From NCBI GenBank assembly GCA_963843575.1, contig CAWJKZ010000014.1, forward strand, positions 544,001 to 608,000: 64,000 nt of DNA, given 5' to 3'. Of this stretch, positions 21,761 to 32,425 are shown in pieces. Position 1 is the stretch's first letter. The number at the start of each line of letters is the position of its first letter. Origin of the DNA: an uncultured Acidobacteriota bacterium. GTDB taxonomy: Bacteria > Acidobacteriota > UBA6911. The translations under genes and the position numbers were made by a program. The notes below the pieces were generated by a model, which was not told the origin of the DNA, ran no database searches, and saw only the letters and a list, made by a program, of their open reading frames with translations.

Positions 21761-24700
21761 TCACCCTTGCGGGAGGTTTGCCCGGCGCAAGACCGGCTCC
21801 GCGAGCGCTTCGTTATTGCCCGATTCCGCGCCCTCGCCGGCGCCTCCCCGGTGGTTCCGTCCGCGCCGCGAAGTGAGTCTGGCGGTCAGATCGTCGAGCA
21901 GCGAATACATCACCGGGACCGCGACGAGGGTGAGCAAGCGTCGAGGTGATGAGCCCGCCAATCACCGCCCGCGCCATCGGGGCCCGGATCTCCGATCCCG
22001 CACCGATCTCGAAGGCGAGCGGGAGCATCCCGAAAATCATCGCCAGCGTGGTCATGACGATCGGCCGGAAGCGGGTGCCGCCGGCCTTCACCAGCGCCGG
22101 ATCGCGGCTCGTGCCGTCCTTGCGCAGCTTGTTTGCGTAGTCGATCAGCAGGATGGCGTTTTTCGTGACCAGCCCCATCAGCAGGATGAGCCCGATCATC
22201 GACATGATGTTCAGCGTGTCGCCCACGGCCCAGAGCATAGCTACGACACCGATCAGCGACAGGGGGAGCGACAGCATGATGGAAAACGGGTGGACGAAGC
22301 TGCCGAACTGCGAGGCCAGGATCAGGTAGATGAAGACGACCGCCAGGATGAGCGCATCGTAGATGTACCCGAAGCTCTCGCTCATGTCCTCGCTCTGGCC
22401 CGTGTAGGAGATCTCAAATCCCGGGGGTAGGTTCAACCCTGCCGCCGGCCTGCTTGATGTCCTCGATCACGTTTCCGAGCGGTCGGCCCGCCGTGTTGGC
22501 CGAGACGCGGACCTCCCGGATCATGTCCATGTGCCGGATCTGCGAGGAACTGGTGCCCCGTTGGAAATGCGTCACCTGGTCGACGGGGATCAGCAGGTCG
22601 TGCCCGGCCGCGTCTTTCTTTGTGCTGAGTATCTCGACGTCGGCTGAGCGCCTCGAGCGAGCTCCTGTCCCGCGTGCCAGCCGGACGCGCACGTCGTAGG
22701 CGTCGCCGTCGGCATCTTCGTACTGGGTCGCGACCTCTCCGTTCAGCAGCGCGCGCAGGGTGACGGCGAGCGCATCGAGCCGGATACCGAGGTCAGAGGC
22801 GATCTTCCGGTCGATCCGGACCTTGACCTCGGGTTTGTCGCGGTCAAGGCTGCGGTCGACGTCCGCCGCCCCGGGAACCGAGCGGGCGAGCGTCGCCATC
22901 CGGGCGGACAGGCGGTCCAGCTCGGCCAGGTCCGGCCCGCGCACGCTGATCTGGATCGGCTTGGCATCCCCCATCTCTTCGACGTCCTCGACGCTGGTGA
23001 TCGCGCGCCCGTAGGAGGCCAACGCGCGGCGCAGGGTTGTGCGGAATTCCTGGAACCCGACCTGGCGCTCTTCCTTGGGCTTCAGTTTGACATAGACGAG
23101 CCCTTCGTTGAGTGCACCCGAGGCGTTGGCCCCGATGGTGGCGAAGGTGTAGCCGACCCCGGGCTGTTGCCGGATGCTCCGTACGAGGTCGCGGGCCACG
23201 TCCTCGGTCTGCTCCAGGCTGCTGCCCGGCGCAGTCTTGAACGACACCTGCAGCTCGCCGCGGTCATACTCCGGGAAGAACGACGTCCCGAGATGCGGGA
23301 ACACGGCGAGGCTCGCGAGGAAAAGCAGCAGAGCCGTGGACATGACCAGCCAGCGATGCCGGAGCGCGAACCCGATGGAGCGCTCGTACCGGAAGTGCAG
23401 GTTTTCGAACCACCGGTCGAACACGGCCAGCAGCCGCGCCAGCCCGCGCCTCCGGATCCCCTCTTCGATGGCAGGATCGTACCAGCGCGACGAAAGCATG
23501 GGGTCCATCGTGAACGAAACGAACAGGGAGACGAGCACGGCGAACGCGATCGTGATCCCGAACTCGTAGAAGAACCTGCCGACGATGCCACCCATGAAGG
23601 CCACCGGGACGAACACGGCTATGATGGAGAAGGTCGTCGCCATCACGGCCACGCCGATTTCCGAGGTCCCGATCCGGGCCGCATCGAAGTGGCTGCGCCC
23701 GTGCTGCATGTGCCGGACGATATTCTCGCGCACGACGATGGCGTCGTCGATGAGCAGCCCGACCGCGAGCGAAAGCCCCATGAGGGTCAGCATGTTCAGG
23801 GTGAACCCGAGGGCCCGCATCACGAGAAACGCCGCGATGATGGACACCGGCAAGCGTCAGGCCCGTGATGACGGTGCTGCGCCAGCTGTTGAGGAACAGG
23901 AAAACGACCAGGACCGTGAACACACCGCCGAGGAGCAGCGTGGTCTGCACGTCTTCGACCGCGTCGCGGATAAACAACGACATGTCCTTGACGACCTGGA
24001 TCGTCGTCTGGCCGGGCAGTTCCCGGTTCAGCCTGGGCAGCTCGGCCTTGACGGCCTCGGCGACGTCGACGGTGTTGCCGCCGGACTGCTTCCGGATTTC
24101 GAGCGCCAGGGCGCGCCGGCCGTCGATCAAGGCCAGCGTGCGCTGTTCCTCGTAGCCGTCGGCAATCGAGGCCACCTCCCGCAGGTACACCGGCACGCCG
24201 CGGATGGTCTTGACGATCAGGTCCTGGAAGGCCTCCGGCTGGACGAACTTCCCTTCCACCCTCACCAGCTCCTCGATCGGCCCCTGCGTGATTTTGCCCG
24301 CCGGCACCTCCAGGTTTTCGCCCCGCACCGCGGAGACGACCTCCGGAACTGTGAGGCTGTAGGTCTTGAGACGGTCGGGATCGAGCAGAATCTGGATCTC
24401 GCGGCGTTGGCCCCCTACAATAGTCGAGCGAACCCACGCCTTCGACGTTTTCCAGCCGCTTCTTGATGATTTTCTCCGCCAGGCTGGTGAGCTGCTTGGT
24501 CGTGTATTGCGAGGAGGTCACCGACAGCGAAAGAATCGGCAGGTCCGCCGGGATCCAGTCGCTGGATTACGGGCTCCTCCACCCCGGTCGGAAACTGATT
24601 GCGCAGCGCGCTCACTTTGCTCCGGACGTCCTGCGCCGCCGTGTGGATGTTGGTCCCCAGCTTGAATTCGGCGACGATCGACGAATACCCTTCGGTGCTG

Positions 24701-24949
24701 ATGGACGTGATGTGGCGCAACCCCTCGACGGAGTTGATCGACTTCCTCGATGCGCTTGGTGACCTCGGTTTCGACGGTCTCCGGGGCGACCCCCGGGTAG
24801 ACCGTCCCGACGCTCACGACCGGGAGGTCGATGTTGGGGAACAGGTCGGTCGACAGCTCCTTGTACGAAAAGAGCCCGAGCACCACGAGGGCGGCCATCA
24901 TCATGGTCGCAAAGACCGGCTGCTTGATCGACAGGTCGGAAAGAAACAT
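21761..24949 (-). CDS. RND efflux inner-membrane subunit (AcrB/AcrD/AcrF family), split by about six indels
   Basis: MFLSDLSIKQPVFA start, LFPNIDLP, GLLIDDAIVVRENI, GLVTKNAILLID, RFRPIVMTT and PMARAVIGG in successive frames. Confidence 0.9.
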
Positions 24950-24954
24950 GGCAG

Positions 24955-26118
24955 TCACTGCCCCGCGTCGGATGAATTCTTGAGCACCTTCACCGGGGAA
25001 CCGTCTTTGAGTGCGGGCCCGATTTCGACGACGACCAACTCGCCCCGTGCGAGCCCCTCGGATATCCAGATGAGGTCGTCCCGGACACCCCCGATCTTCA
25101 CGGCGCGCGCGCGCACCACGTCGTCCTTCACCGTGTAGACGGAGCCGGAGGAGGAGTTGTCCTGTTCGCCCACCAGGGCGGAGCGGGGCACGACGAGCGC
25201 GCCGGGTTCCCGGCGCACCTCGACGAAGCCGCGCGCGAACATGCCGGCGCGTAACTCGCCGCCCGCGTTTTCGATGCGCAGCGCCACCTTGACGGACCGG
25301 CTGTCGGACTCGACCATCGGGTTGATCGCCGATACGACCCCCTGGAATTCGCGCGTCCCGAAGGTCGGGGTGGTGAAGCGGGACCGCAGCCCGGGCCGGA
25401 TTTCCGCAAGGCGGTAAGACGGGATCAGGCAGTCCAGCTCCAGACGGCTGTTGTCGACGATGGTGTAGATGGACTGGGCGGGCCCGATCAGAGTCCCACG
25501 GTCGACGAACTTCCTCTGCACGCGGCCGCTGGCGGGAGCCACGATCCGGCAATCCCTGATCGCCTTTTCGGCGATCGCGAGCGTGGTCTTGACCTGTTCG
25601 CGCTGGGCTTCGGCTAACTGGAGCTGGGCTTCGGCCTCCCTCACGCCGGTTGTTGCCGCCTGGTGGTCTTTCTCGGTGATCCCGCCGGTGCGCAGCAGGT
25701 TGTCGGCCCGTTCCTTCTCACGCCGGGCGTGGTCGAGAGCGACCGTGGCCCTTGCGACGCCGGCCTCGGCCACCCCCAGGGACGCCAGCGCCTGTTCGTG
25801 GGCGAGCCTGTAGTTGACGGGGTCGATCTCGGCGATCACCGCCCCCTCGCGCACGACGTCCCCCTCGAACAAATGGGCGTCGGTCAGGCGTCCGGCGACT
25901 TCGGACTTCACCTCGACGACCGACCGGGACCGCAGGCTGCCCGAAAACGGTACCGTGACCGCCCAGGCCTGGATCTCCACGGGCAGGGCCTTGACGACCA
26001 ACGGGGGCGGCTCCACCACCGCCGGAGCGGTTGCGGTCTCGGCCTTGCACCCGGACAGGACCACGCCCACGGTCGCGAGCAGCGTTGCCAGGTACAGCGA
26101 TGCCTTTGTGCGCATCAT
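24955..26118 (-). CDS. RND periplasmic adaptor (MFP), lipoprotein
   Basis: Lipobox LSGC, EVKSEVAG, coiled-coil hairpin, IVAPASG, LRAGMFA and GLARGELVV. Confidence 0.92.
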   Translation of the reverse strand: MMRTKASLYLATLLATVGVVLSGCKAETATAPAVVEPPPLVVKALPVEIQAWAVTVPFSGSLRSRSVVEVKSEVAGRLTDAHLFEGDVVREGAVIAEIDPVNYRLAHEQALASLGVAEAGVARATVALDHARREKERADNLLRTGGITEKDHQAATTGVREAEAQLQLAEAQREQVKTTLAIAEKAIRDCRIVAPASGRVQRKFVDRGTLIGPAQSIYTIVDNSRLELDCLIPSYRLAEIRPGLRSRFTTPTFGTREFQGVVSAINPMVESDSRSVKVALRIENAGGELRAGMFARGFVEVRREPGALVVPRSALVGEQDNSSSGSVYTVKDDVVRARAVKIGGVRDDLIWISEGLARGELVVVEIGPALKDGSPVKVLKNSSDAGQ

Positions 26119-27476
26119 CGTGTCTCCTCCGGGTCGAGAATCGGGGTGCCCTGCGCGAGGCGCAGACGGGCCTTGGCCATACCGTATTCGTAAGTGGCGT
26201 TGATCTCCGCATTGCGCGCCAGGGCGAGCGCGGTCTGCGAATCGACGACATCCAGGGTGGTCGCCGCCCCGTACTGGTAATTCGCCTGCATCATCGTGAG
26301 CACCTTCTCGGCCTGCGTCACACTCAGCCGCGCCGCCTCGATAGCCCGCGCCGACGATTCCAGTTCGTCGCACGCCGCCTTCACCTCCAACCGCACGTTG
26401 TTCTGCAGCTGGGCAAGATTGTGTTCGGCGGATTTCAGCCGCGACTGTGCCTGCATCAACTGCCCCGCCTTGCGCCCGCCGTCGTAAAACGGGAGCTTGA
26501 AGTTGAACGTGACGGTCCAACGGGAAAAATCGCTTTTGAGGAAATTGCGCGGCTCGCGCGCAGAGTGCCCCCAACGAGCATCCATGTCGATGCTGAGCCT
26601 GTTCTGCGCGTCGGCCAGCGCCACCAGGAGGCGGGATTCCTCGAGCAGGTGGCGCGCCACCTCGATGTCGGGACGAATTTCCAGGGCCCGCGCCTGCTCG
26701 CGGACGATCTCGGGAGGAGGCACAGGTTGGTATGCCAGCTTGCCCTCCACTTCGGTGGGGGCGTTGATGTCCACCATGATCAGGCTGTTGAGCGCCGAGC
26801 GCGCCATCCGAACCCTGTTTTCCGCCCGTATCAGCTCCGGTTCCATGTTCGCCACGTTCACCTGAGACCGCAGGACGTCGATCTCGGTGGCCACCCCCTG
26901 GTTGAAGCGGTTGCGCGCCTGCTCGAGGTGCTGCCCGCGCTGCCGGTGGGTCTCCCGGGTCACGTCCGCATTGGCCTGGGCCAGGAGCAGGTCGTGGAAG
27001 GCCTGGAACACTTTGAACGTCACCCGCTGCCGCGCCGCGTCCAGCCCGGCTTCCTTCTCCTGGCGACCTTGGTCCGCCAGCTTGATCGCGTTGCGCACCT
27101 TGCCGGCGGTGTAGATGGGCTGGCGCACGTTCAGGGCGACATCGAAAAGGTTGGCGGCCTGCGGGACCAGCGCGTCCCGGAATTCCTGAGGGACCCGATC
27201 GAAGCTGCCGCTGTTGAGGATGCTCGGGTCGCGCATCCGCAAACCGGCGCCCTCGGCCTGAATCTGCGGAAAGGCGTCGGCCTTGACCTCGGCGATCCTC
27301 CCCTTCACCTCAACGATCTGCTCCTCCGCCAGCAGCACCTCGGGGTTTCGCTTCAGCGCCAGATCGACCGCCTCGCGCAACGTCAGCGGGTGCGCCGGCG
27401 CCTGTGCCGCGAGGGGGGTCGCCGGCGGCACCCCGAGAATGACCAGAACGAGCGTGAGCCTGGAGACCAGAGTCAT
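26115..27476 (-). CDS. TolC-family outer membrane efflux protein
   Basis: Signal peptide, LTLREAVDLALKRNP, QPIYTAG, GVATEIDVLRSQV and YQYGAATTLDVVDSQ. Confidence 0.92.
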   Translation of the reverse strand: MTLVSRLTLVLVILGVPPATPLAAQAPAHPLTLREAVDLALKRNPEVLLAEEQIVEVKGRIAEVKADAFPQIQAEGAGLRMRDPSILNSGSFDRVPQEFRDALVPQAANLFDVALNVRQPIYTAGKVRNAIKLADQGRQEKEAGLDAARQRVTFKVFQAFHDLLLAQANADVTRETHRQRGQHLEQARNRFNQGVATEIDVLRSQVNVANMEPELIRAENRVRMARSALNSLIMVDINAPTEVEGKLAYQPVPPPEIVREQARALEIRPDIEVARHLLEESRLLVALADAQNRLSIDMDARWGHSAREPRNFLKSDFSRWTVTFNFKLPFYDGGRKAGQLMQAQSRLKSAEHNLAQLQNNVRLEVKAACDELESSARAIEAARLSVTQAEKVLTMMQANYQYGAATTLDVVDSQTALALARNAEINATYEYGMAKARLRLAQGTPILDPEETR

Positions 27477-27493
27477 ATCTGCACCAATCCCTA

Positions 27494-27505
27494 TACCGAT
27501 CGGTA
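27494..27505. promoter_or_regulatory. Putative TetR operator upstream of tolC
   Basis: Palindrome TACCGATCGGTA; near-identical copy upstream of tetR. Confidence 0.65.
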
Positions 27506-27512
27506 AACCCCG

Positions 27513-28082
27513 CTACGCGTGCCGGCGCGGCAGGAGGATGTCGACGTGGCTCTCCGCCTTCTTGCGCGTCAGACCGGGTCTTCCGGTAAACATGTTTTCG
27601 AGGATGGCCATGAGATTCATCCCCATCAGGGCCGTCGCCAACTGGCGCGCCGCGCCGCGCGCGGTCCCCGGAGGGAGCCCTTCCTCCAGGACCCCGGCGA
27701 TCACCTGGCGCTGCTTCTCCATTTCCCGGACGATGTTGAACGGGGGCATCTGCTCTTCGGGAGCGAACGCCATGCGCAGCAGGAACCTCATCCGCGCGGG
27801 ATCGGCCCTTGCGGCATGCAGGTCGTTGTACGTCATGTGTACGAGCCTGCTCCTGAAATCGCCCCTGAGGTTGGACGCCCGCAGCAGGGCCTTGAGGTAG
27901 TAACCGAACGAATCGACCATCAGTTCCTGAAACAGGTGGCCCTTGTTCCGGAAATGGTAGTAGAGGACCGGCTTGGTGACTCCCGCAACGGCACAGATCT
28001 CGCGGATGGACGAGCCGGCATATCCCTTCCGGGAGATCACCTCTGTGGCGGCATTCAGAATCGCGTCGCGGGTTCCTCGCAT
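27513..28082 (-). CDS. TetR/AcrR-family regulator
   Basis: ILNAATEVISRKGYAGSSIREICAVAGVTKPVLYYHFRNK helix-turn-helix. Confidence 0.95.
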   Translation of the reverse strand: MRGTRDAILNAATEVISRKGYAGSSIREICAVAGVTKPVLYYHFRNKGHLFQELMVDSFGYYLKALLRASNLRGDFRSRLVHMTYNDLHAARADPARMRFLLRMAFAPEEQMPPFNIVREMEKQRQVIAGVLEEGLPPGTARGAARQLATALMGMNLMAILENMFTGRPGLTRKKAESHVDILLPRRHA

Positions 28083-28112
28083 GATCGCAGCTCCGACGGG
28101 CGTCTGAATTCT

Positions 28113-28124
28113 TACCGGTCGGTA
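28113..28124. promoter_or_regulatory. Putative TetR operator upstream of tetR
   Basis: TACCGGTCGGTA, matching the TACCG-N2-CGGTA site at 27494. Confidence 0.65.
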
Positions 28125-28239
28125 TAGAAAATCAAGCGAATTCGGTCGCATTCCCGGGCAGGGTCCTGGCGGAGTCCGTCAACCTGTCGCATCTGGGGCA
28201 GATCGTGCTGCGCGGCCCGAAGTCTAAACCCTGGCGGGT

Positions 28240-29031
28240 TCAGGGCCTGTTCGAGGCCGGGGCCGGCGGCTGCTCGACCAGAATCTTCCCGGTCAGGATG
28301 AAATCCAGGGTCTGGCCGAGGTCGTTCTCGTTGGCGGCGGCCAGCACCAGGCCGCCGGCGTCTTTGACGGCGTCGAAGTATTTCGCGGCGGTGTCGAAGG
28401 CGACGAAGTAGATCGCCGCGCGACCCTCCGCAGGTTGCCTCGCGATGGCGTCCGCCACGTCTCCCGGCGAGTATCCATTATTGTTCTGGCCGTCGGTGAT
28501 GACCAGCATGTGGCGGCGAGCCAGGCCCGACGCGTCCAGTTCACGCTTGGCCACGATCATGGCGTTCCCGATCGGGGTGCCTCCGCTGGGAACCATGTTG
28601 CGGGCCGCCGCGGCGGCCGCGGCCGGGTCCGGTTCTCCCAGTCTCACGACCCGACGGGGCGAGGGTTCGCCGTCGCGCGCGCTGAACTCATAAATCCCGA
28701 CCACGAGCCTGCGATCCGGGTGCTGCTGAACGAAGCCGCTCATCTGTTGCACGAGGGTCGTCACACACCGCCGCGCGATCTCGATCTTGGGCTTGTCCTG
28801 GCCGTCGGCATCCTTCACCCCGTCGCGCATGCTGCCCGAGGTGTCGACCAAGACCAGGACGGCGATGCCATCCTGCCATGTGGCGGAGGCCGGCGGGCGA
28901 AGCATCGCCTCGAGCGGGTTGATCCCCAAGGCGGAGTCGCCGCCTGATCGGGAGCGCGGCATTTCTAAGCACCCCGCTCCCCCTAGGGCGAGCAGACAGA
29001 CGGCCGATACGACGCGAAGCGGCTGGCTCAT
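28240..29031 (-). CDS. VWA-domain lipoprotein
   Basis: Lipobox-like GAGC, MIDAS DTSGSM, GGTPIG and VITDG. Confidence 0.88.
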   Translation of the reverse strand: MSQPLRVVSAVCLLALGGAGCLEMPRSRSGGDSALGINPLEAMLRPPASATWQDGIAVLVLVDTSGSMRDGVKDADGQDKPKIEIARRCVTTLVQQMSGFVQQHPDRRLVVGIYEFSARDGEPSPRRVVRLGEPDPAAAAAAARNMVPSGGTPIGNAMIVAKRELDASGLARRHMLVITDGQNNNGYSPGDVADAIARQPAEGRAAIYFVAFDTAAKYFDAVKDAGGLVLAAANENDLGQTLDFILTGKILVEQPPAPASNRP

Positions 29032-29081
29032 CTCTTCCTCCGGAGCGGGGGCGCGCGGCCGGAGCGCGCGCCCCCGGCCGC

Positions 29082-30794
29082 TCACTTCTGTTCCGGCGGG
29101 TAAACGCTGATTTCGACGCGCCGGTTCAGACGTTGATTGTCGGGATCGTTGGAATCGGCGGGCGAGTCCCAACCCTTCCCCTCGATGCTGAACTTGTTCG
29201 GGTCAAACTTGAACTTCTCGATCAGGGCGCGTTTGATCGCCTCGGCGCGGGCGAGGCTGAGGTCGCGCACAAACTGCACCGGCACCCCCTTCCCCTTCAT
29301 GCTCGAATCGGTGTGACCCTCGATGAGGATGACCGCCCTGGCAAACTGGCCCGAAAGGCGCGCGACCTGCTCGAGGGTGGCGTCGACGTTGGGATCGTAC
29401 AGCTTGCCCGGCACGACGTTGTTGTACTCGTCCCGCGCGGGCTCATAGGGATTGGCGGAGTTCGGGAAAAAGTTGATCCGGATGGTCTGGGTCAGGATGG
29501 GTGCTTCGGCGGGCACCTTGCGGAAGCTGGACGGTGTGAAGGTGGCGATGCTCTCGTCCTTCTGGTGGGCAAAGGTCCCCTTCTGCTGCAGCTTCTGCAG
29601 GAAGGAGAAGTCCATGACCTGATCGAACGGCACGGGGGCGTTGATGCGGCCCAGCTCACGGTAGACGTAGCTGGCGTTCTTCCAGGTGCGCTCGAGGTTG
29701 GTCGGGTTGGAGGAGTTCAGGAAGAACTGGACGTTTTCCGCGAAATTGGTCGCGTGGGCGTCGTTGCGCATGGACATGATCTCTTCCTGCTTCATGCCAA
29801 ACGCGTCCGCCATCCACTTGGCCGCCTGCTCGGGTTTGTCCTTGACGGCGTCCATCCCCTCGAATATGCCGGCGATGAGGCCGTCGACGATCTCCGGATG
29901 GTCCCGTGCGAAATCCGCGCGCAGGGCGTAGACATCAGCGATCAGCTTGTTCGCGTCGCTGGTGCTGGAGAGGATCCGGGTGCCGGCTACGCGCTCCGGG
30001 ATGTTGTAGATGTCCGGTGCCCACGAAACGCACCCGTCGATTTTCCTGTCGGCCACAAACGCGGCGGCCGCCTCAAAGGCAGTGGCGGTGTATTTGACGT
30101 TCACGTCGGCCGGGCGCAGCCCGGCCGACAGGAGCAGCGACGTGAGGTAGTACTCGCTCGGAGAGTTCTGTGCGAGCGTTATGGTCTTCTTGCGCAGATC
30201 GGCGACGGACTTGATGGAACTGCGCACCACGATCCCATCTCCCCCGCTCGACCAGTCGATCTGCTGTGCAATGCGCGGCGCGGTGCGCGAGTCGCGCATG
30301 AGTTCCGGGGCAAGCAGGACCATCATGTCGACCGTGCCCCAGAGCGTGTGCACCTCGCCGGCGGCGAAGGCGTCGCGCGCAGCCACGGGGTCATCCATGA
30401 GCACCATCTCGACGCGGAAACCGTACTTCTTGGCGAAGACGCTGTCCGGGTTCGGCTTGGTCCCGCGGTTGGCGGCGATCACGGGCAGCCACCCCGCCCA
30501 GACGTTGTAGCTGAAGCGCAGGATCTTTTCGTTGGCGTTCCACCTGTACTGGCTGGCGGCCTTGACCGCGGGGAGCTTGTCGGCGGGAATGTACTTGTAC
30601 TCCTTGACCGTCGTCACGCCCCCGGTGTCGGGCGCCTCGGCCTCCGGACCTTCGGCGACGCCGGACTGCTGTGAGGGTTTTGCGGACGGTCCCCGCTTCC
30701 AGACAAGGAATGCCCCGAGCCCGATCAGTCCCACGATGAGAAGCAATGAGATGGATTTGCCCAACGGTGTCAGTCGCGCACCATTGTCTGCCAT
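29082..30794 (-). CDS. Membrane-anchored NMT1/SsuA/TauA-type substrate-binding protein fused to a C-terminal OmpA-like domain
   Basis: One N-terminal TM; DWSSGGDGIV, SVADLRKK and SWAPD; C-terminal IEGHTDS, LSLARAEAIK and NRRVEI. Confidence 0.88.
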   Translation of the reverse strand: MADNGARLTPLGKSISLLLIVGLIGLGAFLVWKRGPSAKPSQQSGVAEGPEAEAPDTGGVTTVKEYKYIPADKLPAVKAASQYRWNANEKILRFSYNVWAGWLPVIAANRGTKPNPDSVFAKKYGFRVEMVLMDDPVAARDAFAAGEVHTLWGTVDMMVLLAPELMRDSRTAPRIAQQIDWSSGGDGIVVRSSIKSVADLRKKTITLAQNSPSEYYLTSLLLSAGLRPADVNVKYTATAFEAAAAFVADRKIDGCVSWAPDIYNIPERVAGTRILSSTSDANKLIADVYALRADFARDHPEIVDGLIAGIFEGMDAVKDKPEQAAKWMADAFGMKQEEIMSMRNDAHATNFAENVQFFLNSSNPTNLERTWKNASYVYRELGRINAPVPFDQVMDFSFLQKLQQKGTFAHQKDESIATFTPSSFRKVPAEAPILTQTIRINFFPNSANPYEPARDEYNNVVPGKLYDPNVDATLEQVARLSGQFARAVILIEGHTDSSMKGKGVPVQFVRDLSLARAEAIKRALIEKFKFDPNKFSIEGKGWDSPADSNDPDNQRLNRRVEISVYPPEQK

Positions 30795-30873
30795 GAGGAT
30801 TCCTCCTGTCATGAAGCCGGGGCCACGGCCCCCGGCACTATCTGCGAGCACGGATGATCAAACGCGCCCGGAC

Positions 30874-30895
30874 CCCTCGCGGTCAGCCGCGAGGG
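30874..30895 (-). terminator. GC-rich hairpin immediately after the pspA stop codon
   Basis: CCCTCGCGG-tcag-CCGCGAGGG, 9-bp stem; no U-tract. Confidence 0.4.
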
Positions 30896-31653
30896 TCAGC
30901 TGCCGGAGGACCCGCCGCCCGGCGTCGGGCCGATCTCCTTGGCCGAGGCCGGCTCTTCCGGCTGGGGGGCGGCCTGAATCCCCTGGCTCGCCAGGAACTC
31001 GGCCAGCGCCGTCTGTTCCAGGGCCTTGCGCTCGTTCTCCTTCTCCTCGACCTGCTCGATGTCGACCAGGTCGTGCGCCACGCGGGCCTTGCCGGCCGAT
31101 TCCTCGTAGCGCTTCGCCAGGATCTCCTCGACCGTCTTCATCGTGTCCCCGAGGTCCCCGACCTTGAAGGCGGCACTGCCCAGCGCGGCCGCGGCCTCGG
31201 CCTGCGCCTCCTTGATCTTGACCTGCGACAGTTGTTTCTCCAGCCGGTGTACCTTGTCCTCGAACTCTTTCTGCGCGACCTTCGCCTGACGTAGGTTGCC
31301 CTGGTAGGCCTCCTCGGTTTCGGCAAACTCCTGCGTGTCTGTGGTCAGTCCCCCTTCAGTTCCTGCAGCTCGCGGGCCAGGCTTCCGGCCAGTTCCATGT
31401 TGCCCGCCCTGTGGTTAGCCAGGATGCGGCGCTCCAGCTCCTGAGCCCTCGTCGTCTTCCCCTTGATCTGGGTCTTGAGGCGCTCGGCAACGCCGGCCAT
31501 CCGGGCCAGGGCCATGTTGTATTGCGCCATTTTGTCGCGGAATTCCTGGCGGGCGGCCTCCATCAGCGCCTCGGGATTTCTCTGCTCCAGACCGCTGACG
31601 AAGATACTGATGAACCCGCGGAAGAGTCTGCCGATCCGTGCAAAAACAGCCAT
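30896..31653 (-). CDS. PspA/IM30 (Vipp1/ESCRT-III superfamily) protein; single indel near 31347
   Basis: Amphipathic N-terminus MAVFARIGRLFRGF, then LEQRNPEALME, long coiled coil and AGNMELAGSLA. Restoring one base gives a continuous ~252-aa ORF ending ALAEFLASQG plus a flexible tail. Confidence 0.82.
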
Positions 31654-31775
31654 TGCGCCCCCCTTCGAGGTTGGGACATGTCTCCAGTACAATCGTTGTC
31701 AGGAATAATTCGCCCATTCTAGTCCACACCGGCGGCAAAGCGACAGAAGAACCCACGCGCGGCGCGGGGAGGATC

Positions 31776-32423
31776 TCAGCCGTCGTCCTCGTCTGTGGTT
31801 ATCACTCGGTCCTCGATCAGGAAGCCGACGCTGCGGGCGAGTTCCTGCTCGACCTGACGCTTGCGCCGCCGCCACTCGCGCCACTGCTCCCGGTCGGCCT
31901 CGGCCTTCTGCCGCAGCGCGTCGCGCTCTGTCTGCAGCGCCGCGATCCCGGCCTCGATTTCGGCAGCCTTGCGCTCCCGCACGAGCTCCCGCTCCTTGAG
32001 TTTCCTCCGCGCGAACTCCTCGAAGGCATCCAGGGCCCGGTCGCGGGCGACTGCGTCCCGGATGACGTCCTGCACTTCGACCTCGTCCGCCGCGAGCGCG
32101 TCCAGGATGCGCTTCTGGATCTCCGCCCGTTCGAGCTTCTGCAACGCGTCGTCCCTGAGCACCTCGGACAGTTTCTCAACAGTCCAACCCCGTGCGGCCG
32201 CAGCTATCCCGGCGGCCTGAAAGACCTCATGGAAAGGGACGCTCAGTTCGGCCGGCAGGTCCGCGAGCGTGCGCACCTCCTCGGACCTGATCTCGGTCAT
32301 CAGTTCAGTGAGGGTGATGGTGCGGGTCCGAAGTTTCACCGGGGATTGGACGGTCGCGGGCAGGGCCTTCTCCAGTATCCCGAGACGGTCCCCCAGAGCC
32401 TGCATGATCTCGACCAGTCGCAT
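31776..32423 (-). CDS. Hypothetical alpha-helical/coiled-coil protein (~215 aa)
   Basis: ATG 2 nt after the AAA stop; charged heptad-rich C-terminal half; distal part of ORF 31776-33668. Confidence 0.75.
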   Translation of the reverse strand: MRLVEIMQALGDRLGILEKALPATVQSPVKLRTRTITLTELMTEIRSEEVRTLADLPAELSVPFHEVFQAAGIAAAARGWTVEKLSEVLRDDALQKLERAEIQKRILDALAADEVEVQDVIRDAVARDRALDAFEEFARRKLKERELVRERKAAEIEAGIAALQTERDALRQKAEADREQWREWRRRKRQVEQELARSVGFLIEDRVITTDEDDG

Positions 32424-32425
32424 GG

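Noticed and set aside
31330-31360. Programmed frameshift or true truncation of pspA
   Set aside because: One missing base next to a G run restores the ORF, and similar indels occur throughout the window.
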